From contig CALVJZ010000002.1 of NCBI GenBank assembly GCA_944332465.1, forward strand, positions 1 to 44,151: a DNA stretch of 44,151 bases, given 5' to 3'. Positions 9,463 through 17,200 of the stretch are shown piece after piece. The notes below the pieces were generated by a model, which was not told the origin of the DNA, did not search any database, and saw nothing but the letters and a program-made list of their open reading frames with translations. Numbering within the stretch: the stretch's first letter is position 1; the number at the start of each line of letters is the position of its first letter. Made by a program: the position numbers and the translations under genes. This DNA comes from an uncultured Bacilli bacterium (GTDB lineage Bacteria; Bacillota_I; Bacilli_A; RF39; UBA660).

Positions 9463-11247
9463 ATGGAAACAAGAAGTAATTTAAAAAAGAAAGCTCGAAA
9501 AAATATAAAAAAACATTATGCTATATTTCTTGTAGTATGCCTTATAGCATCTTTTATTGGTGCAGAATTTTCTGGCTCTCTTTCTTTTGCAACAATAAGA
9601 ATCACAGAAAGCACCATTGCTAAACAAGAAAAAGTAGATGAAGCTGTATCTCTAACCTTAAAAGGTGACTCTAAAAAAGGAAAAGAATTAACAAAAGAAG
9701 TAAAAAAGCAAATTATTGAAAATGATAAAAATAATAACGATGAAATATTTGGTAGAAGTAGAGGTGTATTTGCTTTAATTTTAAACAGTTTTTCATCTGG
9801 TACAATTTATGTAACTTTTATTGCCGGAATTAATTCTATTATTGGTCATCCTAATATTACTTCCATTATTTTTATTGCTGCCAGTTTATTATTAAGTTTT
9901 TTAATTTGGTTTTTTTTAGTCAACATGTATCAAGTAATATCTAGAAGAATTTTTCTAGAAGGTAGAACATATGAAAAAGTTCCAATGCAAAGATTCCTTT
10001 TTCTTTTAAGAACAAAACGTTGGAATAAAACCGCATGGACGATGTTTGTAACAACAGCTTTTTATAGTTTATGGTGTTTAACAATCATAGGAATTTTTGT
10101 TAAAAGATACTCTTATATTTTGGTTCCATATATTATTGCTGAAAATCCAAATATCAAAGCATTAGATGCCATTAACTTATCAAGAAGAATGATGGATGGT
10201 CATAAATGGGAATGTTTTAAACTAGAATTATCATTTATTGGTTGGACAATTCTTGGAACATGTACGCTGGGAATAACTGAAGTTCTTTATTCAAACCCTT
10301 ATAAAGTAGCAACTATGTCTGAATATTTTGCTAATTTAAGGAAAATGAAAAAAGAAGAAGGAACACCAGGTATTGAAAAGTTAAATGATAATTATTTATA
10401 TATAAAGGCAACTAAAGAGGAGCTTCAAGAAGAATACAGCGATGTAATAGAAAAATTAAAGAAAACAGAAGTAAAACTTGAAAAGCCAAAAGGAATAAAA
10501 AGAATTTTGGCCGAATTCTTTGGTATTTCATTAAGTGATACCAAGGAAAGAGAAAAGATAGAACAAGAAGAAAGAAAAAATCAAAAACTAGAAATATTTA
10601 AAAATATAATTAATCAGAAAGAATATCCAATGAGATTATTTAGTATTCCTGAACGTCAACAAAGAAGAAAATTAGATACAATCAACTACATGAGAAGATA
10701 CACAATCTCTTCGCTAGTAGCAATGTTTTTTATCTTTTCTTTTGCTGGATGGATTTGGGAAGTAATCACTCACTATATTGCTTATGGCGAATTAGTTAAA
10801 AGAGGAGTTTTGCAAGGGCCATGGTTACCAATATATGGTTATGGATGTATTCTCATATTAACTTTCTTAAACAAATTTAGAGCAAAACCTCTTCATCAGT
10901 TTTTAGCAGCAGTCATTCTTTGTGGAACTATAGAATATTTTACTAGTGTTTATTTAGAATTTATCTATAATGGACAACGTTGGTGGAATTATAGTGGATA
11001 TTTTCTAAATTTACACGGAAGAATTTGTGCTGAAGGACTATTAGTCTTTGGATTGGGTGGAATTGCCGTTGTCTATATTATTGCCCCACTTTTAGACAAT
11101 TTAATTCAAAAAATAAGTAGAAAAAAATTAATTGTTATTTGTACAATATTAATAGCATTATTTGTTTTTGATAACATATATTCAAAAAACAATCCTAATG
11201 CAGGAAAAGGAATTACGGATATTGAAACAATAATATTAAATAGATAG
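9463..11247 (+). CDS. Polytopic membrane protein: DUF975-like N-terminal half fused to a PF06541 (CmpB-type 'putative ABC transporter type IV') C-terminal half
   Basis: N-terminus NLKKKARKNIKKHY... and LSFIGWTILG are typical of DUF975. A charged linker follows. The C-terminus has FAGWIWEV...GPWLPIYGYG, typical of PF06541. Confidence 0.6.
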   Translation: METRSNLKKKARKNIKKHYAIFLVVCLIASFIGAEFSGSLSFATIRITESTIAKQEKVDEAVSLTLKGDSKKGKELTKEVKKQIIENDKNNNDEIFGRSRGVFALILNSFSSGTIYVTFIAGINSIIGHPNITSIIFIAASLLLSFLIWFFLVNMYQVISRRIFLEGRTYEKVPMQRFLFLLRTKRWNKTAWTMFVTTAFYSLWCLTIIGIFVKRYSYILVPYIIAENPNIKALDAINLSRRMMDGHKWECFKLELSFIGWTILGTCTLGITEVLYSNPYKVATMSEYFANLRKMKKEEGTPGIEKLNDNYLYIKATKEELQEEYSDVIEKLKKTEVKLEKPKGIKRILAEFFGISLSDTKEREKIEQEERKNQKLEIFKNIINQKEYPMRLFSIPERQQRRKLDTINYMRRYTISSLVAMFFIFSFAGWIWEVITHYIAYGELVKRGVLQGPWLPIYGYGCILILTFLNKFRAKPLHQFLAAVILCGTIEYFTSVYLEFIYNGQRWWNYSGYFLNLHGRICAEGLLVFGLGGIAVVYIIAPLLDNLIQKISRKKLIVICTILIALFVFDNIYSKNNPNAGKGITDIETIILNR

Positions 11248-11258
11248 GAAGGATATAC

Positions 11259-12452
11259 ATGGTAGCAGTATTATTATCACCACTATATATATTAATCAAC
11301 TTTTATATTGCTAGATGGTTGCTTAGTTGGATGCAAGCTTGTAATAAGCATTTTAAAAACAAATGGATTAGAGGCTTTATTATTGCCATTTATACATTCT
11401 TAGCGAGCACCCTTTTGTTAGGTTTCTTACTTCCTTCTGGTAATCTAGAAAGAATAATGAAACTATTAGGAAATTATTGGTTAGGTGTATTACTATATGT
11501 AATCTTAACTGTTATAGCAGCTGATGCTATCAGATTAATTGTAAAAAGATCTCATAAAGTAAAAGAAGAATATCTAAAAAGTAACAAAACTTTTGTTACC
11601 GCTGGTACAATTTGTATTATTATAGTCGCAACTCTTAGTATCTGGGGAGCATTAAATGCCAGAATTATTAGAACAACAAATTATACAATAGATATTAATA
11701 AAGAAGTTAAAAAAATGGATGATTTAAGAATCGCACTAGTAGCTGACCTACATCTAGGATATAACCTTGGTACACCCCAAGTAAAACAAATGGTAGAAAA
11801 AATTAACAAACAAAATCCAGATATTGTTGTTATCGCTGGAGATATTTTTGATAATGAATATGAAGCATTAGATAATCCTAAAACAATAAAAAAAGAATTT
11901 CTTCGTATAAATAGTAAATATGGAGTATATGCTATATATGGAAACCATGATATTGAAGAAAAAATCTTAGCTGGCTTTACATTTAGTAAAGAAGGAGAAA
12001 AGAAGAAAAGCGATATTAGAATGGATAAGTTACTAAAAGATTCTAATATAACTTTACTACGTGATGAAGGAATATTAATTAATGATAGCTTCTACTTATA
12101 TGGAAGACCTGACTATAGTAGACCAGGAAGAGGTATAGAAAAAAGAAAAACTGCTAAACAAATTACTAAAAATCTAGATAAAGAAAAGCCAATCATTGTT
12201 TTAGATCATGAACCAAGGGAACTCCAAGAACTTGCTGATGCTGGTGTTGATCTTGATTTATGTGGTCACACTCATGATGGCCAATTGTTTCCAGGAAATA
12301 TTACTACTAAAGTCATGTGGGAAAATTCCTATGGATATTTAAAAAAGGACAATATGCATAATATTGTTACTAGTGGAGTAGGAGTGTATGGACCTAATAT
12401 GAGAGTAGGAACCAAAGCAGAAATTGTTATTATTGATATAAATTTTAAATAG
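11259..12452 (+). CDS. Membrane-anchored metallophosphoesterase (YkuE/COG1408-like)
   Basis: Calcineurin-like motifs DLHLG, GDIFD, GNHD and GHTHDGQ after about 4 N-terminal TM helices. Confidence 0.85.
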   Translation: MVAVLLSPLYILINFYIARWLLSWMQACNKHFKNKWIRGFIIAIYTFLASTLLLGFLLPSGNLERIMKLLGNYWLGVLLYVILTVIAADAIRLIVKRSHKVKEEYLKSNKTFVTAGTICIIIVATLSIWGALNARIIRTTNYTIDINKEVKKMDDLRIALVADLHLGYNLGTPQVKQMVEKINKQNPDIVVIAGDIFDNEYEALDNPKTIKKEFLRINSKYGVYAIYGNHDIEEKILAGFTFSKEGEKKKSDIRMDKLLKDSNITLLRDEGILINDSFYLYGRPDYSRPGRGIEKRKTAKQITKNLDKEKPIIVLDHEPRELQELADAGVDLDLCGHTHDGQLFPGNITTKVMWENSYGYLKKDNMHNIVTSGVGVYGPNMRVGTKAEIVIIDINFK

Positions 12453-12472
12453 AAGAACTTTTCTTCTTTTTT
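12451..12472 (+). terminator. Terminator after the metallophosphoesterase gene
   Basis: AGAAGAA (12451-12457) pairs with TTCTTCT (12461-12467), then T-run. It overlaps the stop codon. Confidence 0.6.
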
Positions 12473-12498
12473 AATATAATTTAATAGAAGGTGATGAA

Positions 12499-13008
12499 AT
12501 GAAAGAAGCAATTATTTATGATTCCTTAAGTGGTAATACTGAGATATTAGCTAAAACAATAAAAAGTGAAAAGCCTAATATACTTTTCGAAAAAATTAAT
12601 AATAAAACCAAAGAAAATCTCAAAAATATTGAAATAATATATCTAGGTACACCCATTATAAAAGGAATGTGTACAGAAAAAATAAAAGAATTATTAGAAT
12701 CCCTAGAAGATAAAAAAATATTCTTATTTGTAACAGCAGGATATGGTATAAGTGATGAATATTATCAAAACTTAAGAAAAAGAATAGTATCTATTATTCC
12801 AAATAGTAATGAAATAATAGGAAGTTTCTTTTGCCAAGGAAAAATGCCAGATGCAGTAAAAGAAAAATACATATCATTAATTAAAGAACATCCAGATGAT
12901 AAAAATTTAAAGGTTAGTTTAGAAAACTTTGAACAAGCAAAAACTCATCCAGATGAAAATGACAAAAAAAGATTATTAGAAGAAATCAAAAAAATTAACT
13001 TGACTTAA
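12499..13008 (+). CDS. Flavodoxin-family protein
   Basis: N-terminal IIYDSLSGNTE FMN-phosphate-loop motif. 169 aa. Confidence 0.75.
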   Translation: MKEAIIYDSLSGNTEILAKTIKSEKPNILFEKINNKTKENLKNIEIIYLGTPIIKGMCTEKIKELLESLEDKKIFLFVTAGYGISDEYYQNLRKRIVSIIPNSNEIIGSFFCQGKMPDAVKEKYISLIKEHPDDKNLKVSLENFEQAKTHPDENDKKRLLEEIKKINLT

Positions 13009-13049
13009 ACTATACTTTAAGTATTACAATGACTTTAAGAGGTGATAAT

Positions 13050-13934
13050 GTGGAAAAAAGTAAAGTATATTTTATAAAAGAAATAACTCCTAAAAACATC
13101 ATAAAAATATATGATGCCTTACAAAAAGAATTACCTGGAAAAGTAGCTGTTAAAATGCATTCTGGTGAAAAGGGAAATAAAAATTATTTGCGTCCTGACT
13201 TTGTAAAAGACATTGTAGACTATGTAAAAGGAACAGTAGTAGAATGTAATACTGCATATGAAGGAGCACGAAACTCTACAGAAAAACATAAAAAATTAAT
13301 TAAAGAACATAACTGGGATAAATATTTTCCATTTGACTTATTAGATGAAGAAGGACCAGATTTAAAACTAGAAATTCCTAATGGAAAAGTCTTAAAAGAA
13401 AACTATGTAGGAAAAAATTTACAAAACTATGATTCTTTATTAGTTTTATCACATTTTAAAGGACATGCCATGGGAGGATATGGTGGAGCTTTAAAACAAT
13501 TATCTATAGGGTGCGCATCATCTGCAGGGAAAACACTTATCCATACTGCTGGTGTAACAGATGATCAAACAAAATTATTTGCAAATTTACCAGAACAAGA
13601 TAGATTCCTTGAAGCTATGGCAGATGCAGCAAGTAGTGTGGTTAATTTCTTTGGAGATAATGCCGCATACATTAACATTATGAAAAATATTTCTGTAGAT
13701 TGTGATTGTGATGGAAATGCTCATGCTCCTTGTATGAAAGATATCGGTATTTTAGCAAGTCTTGATCCCGTTGCCATAGATCAAGCATGTCTAGATTTAG
13801 TTTATAATTCCACTGATTCTGGAAAAGAAGAATTAATTAACAGAATTGAATCTCTTCATGGTGTGCACACTGTTGAAGCAGCAAGTAACCTTGGAATAGG
13901 TAATAGAGAATATGATTTAATAACTATTGAATAA
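13050..13934 (+). CDS. DUF362 / COG2768-like protein (putative Fe-S or metal centre)
   Basis: DUF362-like sequence with a Cys cluster, SVDCDCDGNAHAPC. GTG 13050 follows an AAGAGGTGA SD. The track start ATG 13029 has no SD. Confidence 0.6.
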   Translation: MEKSKVYFIKEITPKNIIKIYDALQKELPGKVAVKMHSGEKGNKNYLRPDFVKDIVDYVKGTVVECNTAYEGARNSTEKHKKLIKEHNWDKYFPFDLLDEEGPDLKLEIPNGKVLKENYVGKNLQNYDSLLVLSHFKGHAMGGYGGALKQLSIGCASSAGKTLIHTAGVTDDQTKLFANLPEQDRFLEAMADAASSVVNFFGDNAAYINIMKNISVDCDCDGNAHAPCMKDIGILASLDPVAIDQACLDLVYNSTDSGKEELINRIESLHGVHTVEAASNLGIGNREYDLITIE

Positions 13935-13953
13935 GACGAATTTTCGTCTTTTT
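13933..13953 (+). terminator. Terminator after the DUF362 gene
   Basis: AGACGA (13934-13939), ATTT loop, TCGTCT (13944-13949), then T-run. Confidence 0.8.
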
Positions 13954-14007
13954 CTTTTTTTAAAAAAGAATTATAATAAAAATATAAAGTGTTAGATAGG
14001 AGTTATT

Positions 14008-14505
14008 ATGAAAACAATATATAAAAGAAGAAGTATTAGACAATATACAGATAAAAAAATCTCAATAGGGGACTTAGAAAAATTATTAAAAGCAGGAATG
14101 AATGCCCCTTCAGCTCATAATCAAAAACCATATGATTTTATTGTTGTAACAGATAAAGCAACATTAAAAAAGTTAAGTGAAACAGGACCATACTGTAGTA
14201 TGCTAGAAAATGCTGCGGCCGCAATCGTTGTCGTATCAGTAGCTGACAAAGAAACCACGCCATATTGGCAAGCAGACTGTGGAGCTGTTGTTGAAAATAT
14301 TCTCCTAGAAGCAACAGACTTAGGAATTGGTTCATGTTGGATAGGAGAATATCCAGTGCTAGAAAAAAGTGAAAAAGTAAAAAGAATTCTTGAAGTTCCT
14401 ACTAATTATCAAGTTTTTGCTACTATTTCTCTTGGTTATCCTCTTAAAGAAAAGCAAGAAAACGATAATTATTATCCAGAAAAAGTACACATCGGAAGGT
14501 TTTAA
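14008..14505 (+). CDS. Nitroreductase-family flavoprotein
   Basis: RRSIRQYTDKKI N-terminal motif and PSAHNQKP. 165 aa. Confidence 0.85.
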   Translation: MKTIYKRRSIRQYTDKKISIGDLEKLLKAGMNAPSAHNQKPYDFIVVTDKATLKKLSETGPYCSMLENAAAAIVVVSVADKETTPYWQADCGAVVENILLEATDLGIGSCWIGEYPVLEKSEKVKRILEVPTNYQVFATISLGYPLKEKQENDNYYPEKVHIGRF

Positions 14506-14578
14506 AGAACTTTCTTTTTTTTGTAAAAACCTATACCAAATAAAAAAAACAACATAAATTATCATGAGGAGGAAGAAA

Positions 14579-15571
14579 ATGAAACATAAAATATTTATCT
14601 ATATATTAGCAGGAGTTTTAATATTTTTATTAGCTTCTCTAGTATTATTTGATTTAAAAGGTGAAAAAGATAATAAAAAATTAAAACAAATTACAGTTGC
14701 TGAAGTAACACATTCTGTTTTTTATGCTCCCCAGTATGTTGCCTTAGAAAAAGGTTATTTTGAAGAAGAGGGCTTAGATGTTGAATTAATTTTAACCAGT
14801 GGAGCAGACAAAGTAACAGCAGCAGTCTTATCAGGTGATGCCGATATTGGTTTTTGTGGAAGTGAAGCTACTATATATGTCTACCAAGGTGGAGAAAAAG
14901 ATTATCTTAAAACATTTGCTCAATTAACTCAAAAAGATGGTTCTTTCTTAGTTGGCAGAGAAAAAAATGATAATTTTAAAATTGAAGATTTAAAAGGAAA
15001 AACGATTATTGGTGGTAGACCAGGCGGAATGCCTGAAATGATTTTAGAGTATTCTCTAAAAGAAAATGGTATAGACACAAGTAAAGAAGTAAAAATTGAT
15101 ACATCTATAGAATTTGCCTCTATGGGTGGAGCTTTCATTGGAGGAATAGGAGATTATGTTGCTTTATTTGAACCAAACGCCTTAGAACTAGAAAAAGAAG
15201 GATATGGTTACGTTGTTGCTAGTTTAGGAGAATTAGGAGGAGAGATTCCTTACACTTCATATGCAGCACGAAAAAGTTTTATAAAAGAAAATAAAGATAT
15301 CATCAAAAAATTTACAAAAGCTATTGAGAAAGGATTAGATTATGTCCACAATCATACTGATAAAGAAGTTGCTAAAGCAATAAAAAGTCAATTTCCTGAT
15401 ACATCACTAACAGATTTAACAAAAGTAATAAAACGCTATCGTAGTATTGATGCTTGGCCAAAAACTACAGAGTTTTCCAAAAAATCATTTAATCATTTAC
15501 AAGATATAATGATAGAAAACGATGTTATTGAAGAAAAGGTTTCATATAATAAGTTAATTTATCATGAATAA
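14579..15571 (+). CDS. ABC transporter substrate-binding protein, NMT1/THI5-like (NitT/TauT family), TM-anchored
   Basis: ATG 14579 lies 6 nt after a GAGGAGG SD; the track start 14564 is inside the SD region. N-terminal hydrophobic anchor without a lipobox Cys. Confidence 0.75.
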   Translation: MKHKIFIYILAGVLIFLLASLVLFDLKGEKDNKKLKQITVAEVTHSVFYAPQYVALEKGYFEEEGLDVELILTSGADKVTAAVLSGDADIGFCGSEATIYVYQGGEKDYLKTFAQLTQKDGSFLVGREKNDNFKIEDLKGKTIIGGRPGGMPEMILEYSLKENGIDTSKEVKIDTSIEFASMGGAFIGGIGDYVALFEPNALELEKEGYGYVVASLGELGGEIPYTSYAARKSFIKENKDIIKKFTKAIEKGLDYVHNHTDKEVAKAIKSQFPDTSLTDLTKVIKRYRSIDAWPKTTEFSKKSFNHLQDIMIENDVIEEKVSYNKLIYHE

Positions 15572-16307
15572 TATTTTAGAAGTTAAAAATCTAAAAAAAA
15601 CATTTCATACTAAAGATGGAGAAATACAAGCTCTAGAAAATGTATCGTTTGAGTTAAAAGATCAAGAATTTGTATCCATCATAGGACCAAGTGGTTGTGG
15701 TAAATCAACAATTCTTTCTATTCTAGCAAATCTAGAACCAAAATCATCAGGTACAATAAATATAAAAGACAAAAAAATAGGCTATATGTTACAACAAGAC
15801 TCTTTATTTGAATGGAAAACAGTATTAGAAAATTGTATGTTAGGACTAGAATTAGAAAAAAAAGCGACTAAAGAAAATAAAGAAAAAGTAATAAAATTAC
15901 TAGAAACATATGGATTAAAAGATTTTATAAACGAATATCCTAATCATTTATCTGGAGGAATGAGACAACGTGTTGCTTTAATCAGGACACTCGCAACAAC
16001 TCCAGATATTCTTTTGTTAGATGAAGCATTATCTGCTCTAGATTATCAGTCACGTCTAGCTATAAGTGATGATATCTATAAAATTATGAAAAAAGAAAAG
16101 AAAACAGTTATTATGGTAACTCATGATATTGCTGAAGCAATAAGTATGTCAGATAGAATTATTGTCTTATCAAAACGTCCAGCTATTGTAAAAAAAATAT
16201 ATGATATTAATCTATCTAACAAATCAACACCTATTGAAAATCGTAAATGTAAAGAATTTTCTATTTTATATGATAAGATATGGAGGGATTTAGATGTCCA
16301 CATATAG
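15564..16307 (+). CDS. ABC transporter ATP-binding protein (NitT/TauT family)
   Basis: Walker A GPSGCGKST, signature LSGGMRQRV, Walker B LLLDEA. Confidence 0.9.
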   Translation: MNNILEVKNLKKTFHTKDGEIQALENVSFELKDQEFVSIIGPSGCGKSTILSILANLEPKSSGTINIKDKKIGYMLQQDSLFEWKTVLENCMLGLELEKKATKENKEKVIKLLETYGLKDFINEYPNHLSGGMRQRVALIRTLATTPDILLLDEALSALDYQSRLAISDDIYKIMKKEKKTVIMVTHDIAEAISMSDRIIVLSKRPAIVKKIYDINLSNKSTPIENRKCKEFSILYDKIWRDLDVHI

Positions 16308-17097
16308 TAAAGAACATAAACTTTACCTACAAAAACAAAAAAAAGAAAAAAGATTAGTTACCATATCTAGATTAATGATTGTAATACTTTTTTTAGTAAT
16401 CTGGGAATTACTTTCCAAATACAATGTTATTAATTCATTTTTATCATCTAGACCTAGTGAAGTATTAAAAACAATTATAACTTTATGGCAAGAAAATACA
16501 CTTTTTATGCATATAGGCATAACCATATATGAAGTTTTATTAAGTTTTGCTATCGCCACTATTATAGGTTTTGTTGTCGCAACAATTCTTTGGAGATATG
16601 AGATATTAGCTAAAATAATAGATCCTTTCTTAACCATATTAAATTCTTTACCAAAAGTTGCGCTAGGTCCTTTAATAATTATCTGGGTGGGAGCAAGTAT
16701 TAATTCTATTATTTTTATGTCCCTATTAATTAGTACCTTTATAACAATTATCACAATTTATCAAGGATTTAAAAAAACACCAACTACTTATATTACTTTA
16801 TTAAAAACAATGAATGCTAATAACATTCAAATATTTACCAAAGCAGTTTTACCTAGTAATATACCAACTATATTAAATGCCTTAAAAATCAACATTTCCA
16901 TGTCTTTAATAGGAGTTATCATGGGAGAACTATTAGTATCTAAAAGTGGTCTTGGATATTTAATTATGTATGGCTCTCAAGTATTTAATATAAATATGGT
17001 AATTACAGGTGTAGTAATACTTGGAATAATATCCTATATAATGTATTTTTTAGTTGAATATTTAGAAAACTATATCAAAAGAAAAAGAGGATTATAA
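16294..17097 (+). CDS. ABC transporter permease (NitT/TauT family)
   Basis: About 6 TM helices. Overlaps the ATPase gene by 14 nt. Confidence 0.85.
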   Translation: MSTYSKEHKLYLQKQKKEKRLVTISRLMIVILFLVIWELLSKYNVINSFLSSRPSEVLKTIITLWQENTLFMHIGITIYEVLLSFAIATIIGFVVATILWRYEILAKIIDPFLTILNSLPKVALGPLIIIWVGASINSIIFMSLLISTFITIITIYQGFKKTPTTYITLLKTMNANNIQIFTKAVLPSNIPTILNALKINISMSLIGVIMGELLVSKSGLGYLIMYGSQVFNINMVITGVVILGIISYIMYFLVEYLENYIKRKRGL

Positions 17098-17101
17098 AGA
17101 G

Positions 17102-17127
17102 AAAACTACTGAGCATTCAGTAGTTTT
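17102..17127 (+). terminator. Terminator after the ABC transporter operon
   Basis: Perfect 11-bp stem: AAAACTACTGA (17102-17112), GCAT loop, TCAGTAGTTTT (17117-17127). Confidence 0.8.
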
Positions 17128-17131
17128 AAAA

Positions 17132-17160
17132 TTGACTTTTTTTAATATCTATACTATACT
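17132..17160 (+). promoter_or_regulatory. Sigma-A promoter of the large LtaS-family gene
   Basis: TTGACT (17132-17137), 17-nt spacer, TATACT (17155-17160). Confidence 0.65.
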
Positions 17161-17200
17161 TTCTAATTGGAATATTAGATAAAAAAAGGGTGAATGACTA

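Noticed and set aside
14506-14578. Possible TPP (THI-box) riboswitch upstream of the NMT1/THI5-like ABC transporter.
   Set aside because: The gap is only 73 nt, almost pure A/T, and shows no THI-box-like conserved stems (for example CUGAGA). It is too short for a riboswitch plus expression platform.
14008-17097. Nitroreductase plus NitT/TauT ABC importer as a sulfonate or thiamine-precursor utilisation system.
   Set aside because: Only adjacency supports this. The nitroreductase gene has no detected terminator and is followed by a 73-nt A/T-rich gap, so linkage to the transporter is unclear. No monooxygenase, desulfonase or thi genes are present. The substrate cannot be inferred from sequence alone.
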